32,000 nucleotides of DNA from Coprobacillaceae bacterium (GTDB lineage: Bacteria; Bacillota_I; Bacilli_A; Erysipelotrichales; Coprobacillaceae), in assembly GCA_963675515.1 (NCBI GenBank), contig OY776328.1:2610001-2642000 (forward strand), in the 5' to 3' direction. The translations under genes were made by a program, and so were the position numbers. Below, piece after piece: positions 15,742-24,046 of the stretch. Every line of letters starts with the position of its first letter. Position 1 is the stretch's first letter. Under the pieces are notes generated by a model that made no database searches, was not told where the DNA came from, and worked only from the letters and a program-made list of their open reading frames with translations.

Positions 15742-17694
15742 CGGACGTTTTACACTTGCACAACCTTATAAACTCGGTAACGCCCTAAGGTAGGCGCTTT
15801 TTTTGTCAAATTTTATCAAATTTATATTCGTACTATTGGGTACTATATGGTATAATATACATGAGGTGATATTCCCATGGCTAAACGCATAAAAATTTCC
15901 AAGTCAAAGAACTCTGAATCATTTTCTGTTATCGATGATTTTACCGATCCTAAAACAAAAAAACGATCGACTTTTGTTGTCGAACGTCTCGGTTCTCTGG
16001 ATTCGCTATTGAAGAAATAAGGAAAACAAAGCTCCAATCCCCATCCAATTTTCCCCGTCTAAGCTGATTCCTCTAGATGAAGAAAGGTTGTTCAATCTTG
16101 GCTATCTCTATCCTAAAAATATTATTTCATCACTTGGAATAAAAGATATCTGTAATAAAATCCAGAATGATCGGAAGTTCAAGTTTGATCTCTATCGGAT
16201 TGTTTGTGATTTGGTTTGCACCCGCATAATATACCCAGGGTCTAAACGTTCCTCTTTCAGGGATGCCCATCACTTTTTTGATGCTCCGCAATATCAGCTG
16301 GAGGATGTGTATCGATCTTTACCAGTTTTAGCGGAAGAACGATATTTTTTTGAAAGTGAATTATACAAGAACAGCACCAATGTCATGGAAAGAAACAACA
16401 GTATTCTCTACTATGATTGCACCAACTTCTATTTTGAAGTTGAGGAAGAAGACGATTATAAAAAATACGGGAAAAGTAAGGAAAACCGGCCAAACCCCAT
16501 TGTTCAATACGGCTTATTTATGGATGCGGATGGGATCCCGATTGCGGACATCACTTTTGAAGGCAATAAGAACGAACAATTTTCCTTAAGAGAGCTAGAG
16601 CAGCAGATTGAAAAAGACTTCGAGTTCAGCAAGTTTATTGTGTGTGCTGATGCCGGACTTAATGGTTGGGAAAACAAGGTCTATAACGATAGAAAAGCTC
16701 ATGGTGCTTATATAGTTACCCAGCCGATAAAAAAATTGAATAAAACTTTGAAGAAATGGGCCACAGACCCCAAAGGATGGAAAATCATTGGTCAGCCGGG
16801 ATTATTCGATATAAGCAAGCTCGATGACACTATAATAATAGATGGCAAAGAACACAATATTAGAGATGTGGTGTTCTACAAGGATAGATGGGTAAAGACA
16901 ACCAAAAAATCAGAACAAACCGAAGACAAATACACCCTGGAAGAACACTTGATTGTTTCGTTCAGCTACAAATTCAAACAATATCAAAGTTATATCCGAG
17001 AAAAGAAATTGGAAAGAGCGCGGAAGCTATTGAAAAATCCCGGGAAAATTAAAACCAGTAATCCACGGGATCCAAAATATTATATCAAGAAGATAGAGGC
17101 AACAGAAAATGGTGAAGTGGCAGATAAGACTTACTATTCAATTGACGAAAGCAAAGTTGAAGAGGATGCCAAATACGACGGATTTTATGCGGTCACAACC
17201 GACTTGACAGATGATAATATGTCCTTAATCATTAGCGCGAATAAGCGCCGTTGGGAGATAGAAGAGAGCTTCGAAATAATGAAGAGCGAACTTAAAACCA
17301 GACCAATCTATGTATCAAGAAAAGATGCAATCAACAGTCACCTGCTTATCTGCTTTATGGCATTACTGGTATACCGTATATTGGAAAAGGAATATTTGAA
17401 AAGCAAATACACATGTAGCGAAATCATAGAGACACTAAGAAAATTAAACGTAACCCATGTAGGTGGAAACAACTACATTCCATCATTCAAACGAACGTTG
17501 GCAATTGATGAATTGGGTGAAGTATTTGGCTTCCAACCATCTAGAGAAATATTGACGCAAAAATATTTAAAAAAATTTACACGAATAGCAAATTCAAGAA
17601 ATAGTACGAAAATGAAATAGCAAAAAAACAGGCAGAAACCCCTTATTTGTAGGGGCTTTTGCCTGTTTCCACGTCTTTAAACTGTAAAACGAGA
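15742..17694 (+). mobile_element. IS1634-family insertion sequence (1,953 bp)
   Basis: Bounded exactly by the 164-bp direct repeats. The imperfect terminal inverted repeats are CGGACGTTTTACAC and, as reverse complement, CTCTCGTTTTACAG. An internal TGGTATAAT extended -10 sits at 15848-15856 with SD GAGGTGA. A 17-bp hairpin at 17626-17668 follows the transposase stop. Confidence 0.85.
15877..17620 (+). pseudogene. IS1634-family (IS4-like DDE) transposase, interrupted by a +1 frameshift near 16012-16020
   Basis: The N-terminal 47 codons (MAKRIKISKSKNSESFSVIDDF...VVERLGSLDSLLKK, stop at 16018) are in frame 1. The rest is open in frame 2 from 16013 (RNKENKAPIPIQFSPSKLIPLDEERLFNLGYLY...) to 17620. 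Together they give about 580 aa, a typical family length. Confidence 0.75.
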
Positions 17695-17775
17695 GAATTT
17701 TATTCGGTTTTAAACACTTTTAAGACACTTATGCCCTTAAAATCACAAATTTTAGATATCCGTAAAAGCCAATGG
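17695..17775. repeat. Direct repeat copy 2, left part (ends with the IS256 8-bp target duplication GCCAATGG at 17768-17775)
   Basis: Matches 15578-15657 with a 1-nt C indel. Confidence 0.95.
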
Positions 17776-19142
17776 GGTAGTGTCAATATTTTTGTGTAAA
17801 TTTGTAAAATTAGTTCTTACTGATCATCTTGGTTATTCTTCTTCTAGCAGGAACCAACGTTCGTAAGATATTCCTTTGAATCCCTTATGGGTATGGTTCA
17901 TGAATTTTTGGTTATATTGTTCAAATTGCGAAACGATGTATTTCTCCACAGCTTCCTCATTTGGGAATTGTTCTTTAGCCTTGATTTTCCGCTTGAGCTG
18001 TTTATTGAAACCTTCGATCAGGTTTGTTGTATATATGCTCTTGCGTACCGATTCAGGGAACAAATAGAAAGTGAATAGATTTGAATTCTCTTCAAGTGAT
18101 TTTGCCACTTTTGGGTATTTTTGCCCCCATTTGGTGATGAACTCCTTAAGCTCTTCACTCGCCGCTTTTTCAGTTTCGCAATTGTAAACTCGCTTAAAAT
18201 CCTGTGCAATCTCACTACGGTCTTTCACTCTTGCTTTGGCTGTAATGTTTCTTGAAACATGCACCAGGCAACGTTGGATTTTGGCCATCGGAAAAGTGTC
18301 TTCAATGGCGTTCTCAACACCGGTTAGCCCGTCAGTACAGAATAACGCAACCGCTTCCAAACCGCGTGTTTTGAACTCTTCAAACAGTTCCCGCCATGTT
18401 GTTGCGGATTCGGTTGGCGCAATTGAATATCCTAGTATTTCCTTTGTTCCCTCTAGAGTCACTCCTATAGCGATATGAACCGCCTCTTTAGACACGGTAT
18501 CGCGCCGCAAAGGAATAACTGTAGCGTCGGTATAAACAACTGCGTATTGCTTGTTTAACGGGCGATTTTTAAAGGCTTCAACATGGGCAACTATTTCCTT
18601 AGTAATATTGGAAACTGTCTGTCTGGAGTATTTCTTGCCGTAGATTGATTCAACAGTTTTTACAATGTCGCTGTTGGTCATCCCTGAATTAAATAGATCG
18701 ATGACAGTGTTGGTGGTAGCTAGATCGTTTCGCTGATATTTAGGGACCAGCGGTGAATCAAAGTCCCCTTGACGGTCACGTGGTATGCGCAGGTTCAACA
18801 CACCATATTTAGTGTTGTAATCGCGGTTGTAATAGCCATTTCTTGAATTCGAATTCTCAGATCGGTCATATTTCTCATAATCAAGAAAAACGGTAAGTTC
18901 GGACTTCAAAATATCGTTGATGGCATTCTCCAATTCGCTCCGGAAAAGTTCTGAGACTACTTGCTCAAAAGCTGGCAGATTATTATCATTTGATATTAGA
19001 CTTCTAAGTAAAGTTGTTGTAAAATAGTTCATGGGTGTAATCCTCTCGTAAATTGTTTTCGTCGAACTAATTTTACAAGGGTTGCACCCTTTTTTCTACT
19101 TAAAAGTTGAAATCCTATTTACACAAAATATTTTACACTATC
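17776..19142 (-). mobile_element. IS256-family insertion sequence (1,367 bp)
   Basis: The imperfect ~26-bp terminal inverted repeats are GGTAGTGTCAATATTTTTGTGTAAAT and, as reverse complement of the right end, GATAGTGTAAAATATTTTGTGTAAAT (21/26). It is flanked by the 8-bp direct duplication GCCAATGG (17768-17775 and 19143-19150), which occurs once in uninterrupted copy 1 (15650-15657). Confidence 0.92.
17833..19032 (-). CDS. IS256-family (Mutator-like) transposase, intact
   Basis: 399 aa with characteristic blocks NGYYNRDYNTKYG.L.L.IPRDR.G.F, VVYTDAT, FCTDGL, QRCLVH and TTNLIEGFN. Confidence 0.93.
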   Translation of the reverse strand: MNYFTTTLLRSLISNDNNLPAFEQVVSELFRSELENAINDILKSELTVFLDYEKYDRSENSNSRNGYYNRDYNTKYGVLNLRIPRDRQGDFDSPLVPKYQRNDLATTNTVIDLFNSGMTNSDIVKTVESIYGKKYSRQTVSNITKEIVAHVEAFKNRPLNKQYAVVYTDATVIPLRRDTVSKEAVHIAIGVTLEGTKEILGYSIAPTESATTWRELFEEFKTRGLEAVALFCTDGLTGVENAIEDTFPMAKIQRCLVHVSRNITAKARVKDRSEIAQDFKRVYNCETEKAASEELKEFITKWGQKYPKVAKSLEENSNLFTFYLFPESVRKSIYTTNLIEGFNKQLKRKIKAKEQFPNEEAVEKYIVSQFEQYNQKFMNHTHKGFKGISYERWFLLEEE

Positions 19143-19234
19143 GCCAATGGTAACCGCTTGTATTTTTAGTGTTTGAAATCGATTTGGAAATGTAATACAA
19201 TTGACTTGAATATGATTGGCTGTCTTGAATGACA
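19143..19234. repeat. Direct repeat copy 2, right part (starts with the IS256 target duplication GCCAATGG)
   Basis: 19151-19234 is identical to 15658-15741 (84/84). Confidence 0.95.
19173..19201 (+). promoter_or_regulatory. Sigma-A type promoter of the cobalamin-riboswitch transcript
   Basis: TTGAAA, a 17-nt spacer, then TACAAT, about 25-30 nt upstream of the riboswitch core. Confidence 0.5.
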
Positions 19235-19330
19235 AAAAGGAATCCGGTGGAAACCCGGAACAGCTCACACTACTGTTAGAGGCCAGGCCTCAAGTCAGGA
19301 ACTTTGCCGATTCGACGTCTTTTGGTGGTG
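19222..19330 (+). promoter_or_regulatory. Cobalamin riboswitch (compact form without the long P6 extension)
   Basis: The core AAAAAGGAAUCCGGUGGAAACCCGGAACAGCUCACACUACUGUUAGAGG parallels the conserved AAAAGGGAA..GGUGA.AA.CC...CAGC.C.CGCUACUGU.AGGG block. The B12 box AAGUCAGGAACUUUGCC is at 19292-19308. A short hairpin GAGGCC-A-GGCCUC replaces the GCCACUG-containing extension. Confidence 0.78.
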
Positions 19331-19381
19331 AAAGGGCGGCTGATTTTTTGGCGCCTCTACAATAACGAAAAGGAGCTAAAA

Positions 19382-19924
19382 ATGTCAACGAGATATCTTA
19401 CAACAAAAAAGATGGCCCTGATAGCCATCCTGGGGTGCGTCCAGTACGTCAGCTTCATGTCCCTGTCCTTTATCCCCTACCTGGAGGTGATAACGAGTGT
19501 GACCGTATGTTTCGCCATGGTTTTTTCAACCCGCGACGCAATCCTGGGTTCTTTTATCTTCGGGAGCATCTATCTTCTTACCAATGGAATCACCCCTTGG
19601 GGATCGATGTATTTTTTCATATACCCGACCTATTCACTGATAATCTCGATGGGCCGGCCGTTTTTTGGACGCCACCTGATCATTCTTTGCCTGGTGGCCG
19701 GCTTGCTTTCCTTTGCCACCGGCCAGCTGTTGCAGTTGCCGTTTCTCATGTTTTCCAAGCAGGTCACCCTGCTCTACATGCTTATGGGCCTGCAGGTGTC
19801 TTTAGGACAGTTTGTGCTGACCTTCGCATTCATGTTTTTGACATATCGCCGTTTCGAAGCGGTATTGACATTCTTGAACCGCAAGCTTTTCCCCAATTGC
19901 ATGAGCGCAAAAAAAATCCTCTGA
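19382..19924 (+). CDS. Small 6-TM membrane protein, putative ECF-type S component for a corrinoid or B12 precursor (CbrT/CblT-like by context)
   Basis: 180 aa from ATG 19382 (SD AAAAGGAGC). The track start at 19304 is a TTG inside the riboswitch. About six hydrophobic segments fit S-component size and topology. The function is inferred only from the upstream cobalamin riboswitch. Confidence 0.6.
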   Translation: MSTRYLTTKKMALIAILGCVQYVSFMSLSFIPYLEVITSVTVCFAMVFSTRDAILGSFIFGSIYLLTNGITPWGSMYFFIYPTYSLIISMGRPFFGRHLIILCLVAGLLSFATGQLLQLPFLMFSKQVTLLYMLMGLQVSLGQFVLTFAFMFLTYRRFEAVLTFLNRKLFPNCMSAKKIL

Positions 19925-19939
19925 AAATGAGGATTTTCA
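19909..19939. terminator. Convergent terminator between the riboswitch-controlled gene and divIB
   Basis: Stem AAAATCCTC / GAGGATTTT with loop TGAAAAT. The U-run is better on the minus strand (TTTTTTGC), so it mainly terminates divIB. Confidence 0.55.
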
Positions 19940-20692
19940 TTTGCTTCGATATACGTATCCGCCCAAAAAATCGAAATATTTGTAATCGCTGTAATTCACG
20001 ACCAGAATGATGTAATTGTTGCCGGAAAGCTGGGATGCCATTTCATCGATGCGCAGGTACAATATCTTGCCGTCATCCATATTGAACTGGCAGCGCAAAT
20101 CGTCTCCAGCAGCCGGTCTGAAATATATGTCCGAAACTTCAAGGAGCACCTGGGAGGGGATTTTGGCATATTCGATTGCGAAAGCCGCCAGGGTCTTTTC
20201 ATCAAAATCGTGGATCGCCGGCAATGGTGCGACCAGACTTGAAAATTCCCCTCCAACCTGGCATACCTTGCCGGATTCGTTGATCGCTAAATAACCCTGC
20301 TCATTGGTGCTGTAGGCGATAAGTTTCGTTGGCGTCACTGTGACATTCAACGATCCGTCAAATCCCTTGGCTACCGATACGCTGTCGAAATAGCCGCTGG
20401 CCATCAGGTTTTTTTCAACCTGGCCACTCTGGGTGAAAAGCACGAAACTCTTTGAGACACTGACCTGGGTCAACTCGACTATTTTTTCCTGGGTGATGAA
20501 CTCATTGTTTGCAACCGTGACCTTGTTGATTTTCGAATAGCCTGAGCCAAAGTAAACCGCAGTCAATACAATCAGACTTAACCCAAGCAACCGTCTGACC
20601 ATGCGTTTGCGTCTTTTGGCTTTCTGTTTTTTTGCCAGAAGCAGACTTTGATTCTCATCATATTCGTTGAAGACAACTGTTTTTTTAGCCAT
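19937..20692 (-). CDS. divIB: Cell division protein DivIB/FtsQ (POTRA domain)
   Basis: 251 aa with a basic cytoplasmic N-terminus (KKQKAKRRKRMVRR), a single TM segment, then KINKVTVANNEFITQEKIVELTQV, which is POTRA-like. It sits in the canonical slot after murB. Confidence 0.85.
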   Translation of the reverse strand: MAKKTVVFNEYDENQSLLLAKKQKAKRRKRMVRRLLGLSLIVLTAVYFGSGYSKINKVTVANNEFITQEKIVELTQVSVSKSFVLFTQSGQVEKNLMASGYFDSVSVAKGFDGSLNVTVTPTKLIAYSTNEQGYLAINESGKVCQVGGEFSSLVAPLPAIHDFDEKTLAAFAIEYAKIPSQVLLEVSDIYFRPAAGDDLRCQFNMDDGKILYLRIDEMASQLSGNNYIILVVNYSDYKYFDFLGGYVYRSK

Positions 20693-20696
20693 ATGC

Positions 20697-21611
20697 CTAC
20701 TCCCAATTCACGTATTTGACTTCCTGATGCAGCTCGATATTGTGCTGTTTTTTTACTTCCTCTTTGACTAGTTCGATCAGATCGTAGATATCCTTGGCCG
20801 AAGCATAGCCGTTGTTGACGATGAAGTTGCAATGCTTGAGACTGACCTGGGCGCCACCGATTTCCCTGCCCCGCAGATCGCAATCCTCGATAAGCTTCCA
20901 AGCCGGAGCCGCTTCGGGATTCTGGAAAATCGATCCCGCGCTTGGCTTGTTCCAGGGCTGAGATGTCATCCTTTTTTCCTTGCGCTTGTCGATCACCTCA
21001 TTGATGAATTCGGGATTTGAAGGTGAAAGCTCGAAGACAACCTCGAGGACCACCCAGCGAGGCTGATCCATAAGCAGTGATTTCCGGTAGCCAAACTCCA
21101 TCTGTTCGTTGGTCAATGTGATGACCTGATATTTTTCATTTAGAATCTTGACACTCCTTACAACCGAGGCCATGTCGTACTTGTAGGCACCCGCATTCAT
21201 GTAGACGCCCCCGCCGATTGTCCCGGGAATCCCCGACATGAATTCAAATCCGCTCAGTCCGGCATTCGCCGCCTGATAGGCAAGCTTGATCATGGAAACG
21301 CCCGCTCCCGCGGTCACGGTGCAGCCGTTGTAATGGGTGTAATTGAACCCTTCTGCCAGGGTGATGATGACCCCCTGATAGGGACCATCGCTAAAAAGAA
21401 GATTGCTCCCCTTGCCGATCACCATCGACTTGATATGATGCTTGTTGACATATTTCAAGGCCGCAATCAGGCCATCCTGGGTGTTGACATTGATGAAAAT
21501 GGCACACGGTCCGCCGACTCTAAGGGTTGTGTGCTTGTACATCGGTTCATCCCTGATCACCTGGCCGACATTCAATTTTACTAAATCCTGGTATATTTGG
21601 TTGAAATCCAT
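20697..21611 (-). CDS. murB: UDP-N-acetylenolpyruvoylglucosamine reductase
   Basis: 304 aa with MYKHTTLRVGGPCAIFI and GKGSNLLFSD FAD-binding motifs. Confidence 0.95.
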   Translation of the reverse strand: MDFNQIYQDLVKLNVGQVIRDEPMYKHTTLRVGGPCAIFINVNTQDGLIAALKYVNKHHIKSMVIGKGSNLLFSDGPYQGVIITLAEGFNYTHYNGCTVTAGAGVSMIKLAYQAANAGLSGFEFMSGIPGTIGGGVYMNAGAYKYDMASVVRSVKILNEKYQVITLTNEQMEFGYRKSLLMDQPRWVVLEVVFELSPSNPEFINEVIDKRKEKRMTSQPWNKPSAGSIFQNPEAAPAWKLIEDCDLRGREIGGAQVSLKHCNFIVNNGYASAKDIYDLIELVKEEVKKQHNIELHQEVKYVNWE

Positions 21612-21620
21612 ATTTTCCCC

Positions 21621-22697
21621 TTAAATCATTGTTTTTATCAATTGGTAAATGTTTTTGGATGCATCGCTCTGGCTCAGTTTCAGACTGGCCTCATGCATCG
21701 CTTCAAGCTGTTCTGGTGTGTCCACAAGCCTTTCGATTCGCTCAAGCAGACCGGCTCCGTCCAGGTCAGCTTCCCTGATCATCACCGCCGCATTCCTGCT
21801 TGAAAGTTCCAAGGCGTTATATTCCTGATGATTCTTCACAACATATGGGCTGGGGATGATTATCGCCGGTTTTCCCAGCGCCGTCAGTTCAGCCAGGGTG
21901 CTCGCCCCGCCGCGGCTGACCATCAGGGTAGAACTTTGCATAAGCGAAGCCATGTCATCGACATAGGGAACGATCTTGAGATTATCCGGACAGTTTGCCA
22001 ACTCGGTTTTCACCTGGTCGTAAAAATTCTTGCCGGTCACATAGACAAGCGAATAATCATCGAAACTCGCCGTCTTCAAAGCAGCAACCATTTTGTCGTT
22101 GATTGTCTTTGACCCAAGAGAGCCCATGACCATGGTGACCACCGGCAAAGCGCGATCAAGCCCGTATTTTCCATACACATCACCGGCCACCTGGCTGGAA
22201 ATCACACTAGCCCGGGGATTCCCGTACAGGTATGTCTTTTCTTTGGGAAAGCTGTCGTAAGCTCCCTGGTAGCAGGCGATGATCTTGTCCACCTTTTTGA
22301 TGAGGATCCTGTTTGTCAGCCCGATGATCGAATTCTGCTCATGGATCATTGTCGGAATCTTTAACTGACTGGCAGCCATGACAATGCTTGCCGAGGGATA
22401 GCCCCCAAAGCCTATAACGATGTCAGGTTTGAATTCCCTTATAATCTTTTTCGCCTTCGAGATCGACCGGACAAAAAGCAGGATGTTTTTGAGCTTGTTG
22501 ATCGGGCTTCCGACCAGGCCTTTGACATCGAGGCCGCGATACTCGTAGCCCATCTTGGGAACGACCTGGGATTCGATCCGGTCCTTGGTTCCGACAAACA
22601 GCACCTCGGTCTGTTCCTGGGACTCAATATATTGTATTAAAGCCAAAGCGGGGTACAGATGTCCCCCCGTTCCGCCACTTCCTATGATAATTCGCAT
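21621..22697 (-). CDS. murG: Undecaprenyldiphospho-muramoylpentapeptide beta-N-acetylglucosaminyltransferase
   Basis: 358 aa with MRIIIGSGGTGGHLYPALAL at the N-terminus and a C-terminal SRGGASTLAEL motif. Confidence 0.95.
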   Translation of the reverse strand: MRIIIGSGGTGGHLYPALALIQYIESQEQTEVLFVGTKDRIESQVVPKMGYEYRGLDVKGLVGSPINKLKNILLFVRSISKAKKIIREFKPDIVIGFGGYPSASIVMAASQLKIPTMIHEQNSIIGLTNRILIKKVDKIIACYQGAYDSFPKEKTYLYGNPRASVISSQVAGDVYGKYGLDRALPVVTMVMGSLGSKTINDKMVAALKTASFDDYSLVYVTGKNFYDQVKTELANCPDNLKIVPYVDDMASLMQSSTLMVSRGGASTLAELTALGKPAIIIPSPYVVKNHQEYNALELSSRNAAVMIREADLDGAGLLERIERLVDTPEQLEAMHEASLKLSQSDASKNIYQLIKTMI

Positions 22698-22698
22698 T

Positions 22699-24045
22699 TT
22701 ATTCTCCTAATTCATTCACAACCTGTTTGAAATATTCGCCCCGCTTGATGTAGCTGGAGAATTCGTCAAATGAGCTTGTCGATGGCGAAAGCAGGACGAT
22801 GTCCCCTTCCCTGGCCAGGCTGGCCGCCTTTAGCACGGCCCCTTTGAGATCATCCTGAATATAAGTATCCGGATGGTTCATATCCCTGGCGAACCGCTCC
22901 CGGGTCGCACCATAACAGATCAGTGTCCTGATTCTGTCATTGAGAGCTGACATTTCGCTTAGATCGAGATTTTTCTCGAAACCGCCGATAAGCAGGATGA
23001 CCGGCTGGTCAAACGCCCTGATCGCCGTTATCGTCGCATCCGTATTGGTACCTTTGGAATCGTTGTAATACCTGACTCCGCCGATCGTCGCCACGTATTC
23101 GATGCGGTGGGCGACGCCCTTGAAAGACTCGATCCCTTGGGCGATAACCGCCGGCTCAAGTCCCGCCTGCAAGGCGAAGCCTGTCGCAATCATCACGTTC
23201 TGGATATTGTGTCTTCCCACGAGGTTGATCTTGTCGAGTCCGACAATCCTTGTTCCATAGGCGAAGATGGCCCCATCGTCAATCATGATGTCACCCTTCT
23301 GGTTGAGACTGAATGTCACAACTTTGGATTTTGGTGGATTCTGTTCGCAGTAGCCCTCGATCACCGCGTCATCTTTGTTCAGGTAGAAAACATCATTTTC
23401 ATCCTGGTTTTGATAGATGTTCAGTTTGGATCTGTAGTACTCGTCCAAAGAGACCATGTAGTCAAGATGGTCCGGGGTCAGGTTGATGATGCTGGCCCCC
23501 GCCGGGTGGAATGTCGCCATATCCAGCAGCTGGAAGTTGGAAAGTTCCAGCACCACATGGCAACCGCTCCTTTCCATCAGATCATGATCGACAACCAGAT
23601 CGCAATACGGGGTTCCCACATTGCCGGCCAGAAAGACATCGTCATACCGACCTTTCAATATGTGCTCGAGCAAAGACACAGTGGTGGTCTTGCCGTTGGT
23701 TCCGGTTATGGCATAGTAATTCTGTTTGGCGCTGTAGCGGTAGCCAAGTTCGACCTCGTTGAGGATCTCGACGCCACGCTGTTTGAGACGCAATATGAAT
23801 TCCTTCTGGTAATTGATGCCCGGGTTCTTCACGACAAAAGCGAAGTCCCGCTCGAACAGTTCGACGGGGTGGCCATTGGCCACTATTTCAACACCCTGGT
23901 CGAGATATTCCTGATAGTTCTCGATCTGACTTAGAGGCTTGGCCTCATTGAGGACGATTTCCGCATTCAATTTTTGCAGCAGCCGGATTGCCGCCTTGCC
24001 CGAACGGGCCAGCCCGATTACCAGGACTTTTTTTCCTTTAAGCAT
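22699..24045 (-). CDS. murD: UDP-N-acetylmuramoylalanine--D-glutamate ligase
   Basis: 448 aa with VLVIGLARSGKAA and the ITGTNGKTTT P-loop. Confidence 0.95.
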   Translation of the reverse strand: MLKGKKVLVIGLARSGKAAIRLLQKLNAEIVLNEAKPLSQIENYQEYLDQGVEIVANGHPVELFERDFAFVVKNPGINYQKEFILRLKQRGVEILNEVELGYRYSAKQNYYAITGTNGKTTTVSLLEHILKGRYDDVFLAGNVGTPYCDLVVDHDLMERSGCHVVLELSNFQLLDMATFHPAGASIINLTPDHLDYMVSLDEYYRSKLNIYQNQDENDVFYLNKDDAVIEGYCEQNPPKSKVVTFSLNQKGDIMIDDGAIFAYGTRIVGLDKINLVGRHNIQNVMIATGFALQAGLEPAVIAQGIESFKGVAHRIEYVATIGGVRYYNDSKGTNTDATITAIRAFDQPVILLIGGFEKNLDLSEMSALNDRIRTLICYGATRERFARDMNHPDTYIQDDLKGAVLKAASLAREGDIVLLSPSTSSFDEFSSYIKRGEYFKQVVNELGE

Positions 24046-24046
24046 G

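Noticed and set aside
16005-16025. Programmed ribosomal frameshifting in the IS1634-type transposase.
   Set aside because: The required shift is +1, not the -1 used by IS1/IS3-type elements. There is no canonical slippery heptamer or downstream structure, and this family normally encodes a single ORF.
15843-16037. 64-aa minus-strand ORF in the left part of the IS1634 element.
   Set aside because: It is antisense to the transposase N-terminal coding region and promoter, has no RBS, and is explained by the AT-rich IS end.
15578-19234. Whether the repeated 164-bp segments represent a CRISPR-like or tandem-repeat array.
   Set aside because: There are only two copies, 164 bp long, and they exactly bracket an IS element. 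They do not have the regular repeat-spacer structure of a CRISPR array.
19435-20010. 191-aa plus-strand ORF overlapping the riboswitch-controlled gene in another frame, and the 19304 TTG start of the track ORF.
   Set aside because: The alternative frame is Pro/Arg/His-rich and not membrane-like. The 19304 start lies inside the riboswitch, whereas ATG 19382 has AAAAGGAGC upstream.
23107-23934. 275-aa plus-strand ORF antisense to murD. Similar long antisense ORFs occur at 29445..30305 (opposite trpD), 13529..14092 (opposite ftsZ), 27578..28225 (opposite trpB) and 8441..8893 (opposite ileS).
   Set aside because: These are shadow frames of well-supported conserved genes. They have low-complexity, Arg/His/Pro-rich translations, no RBS and no family resemblance.
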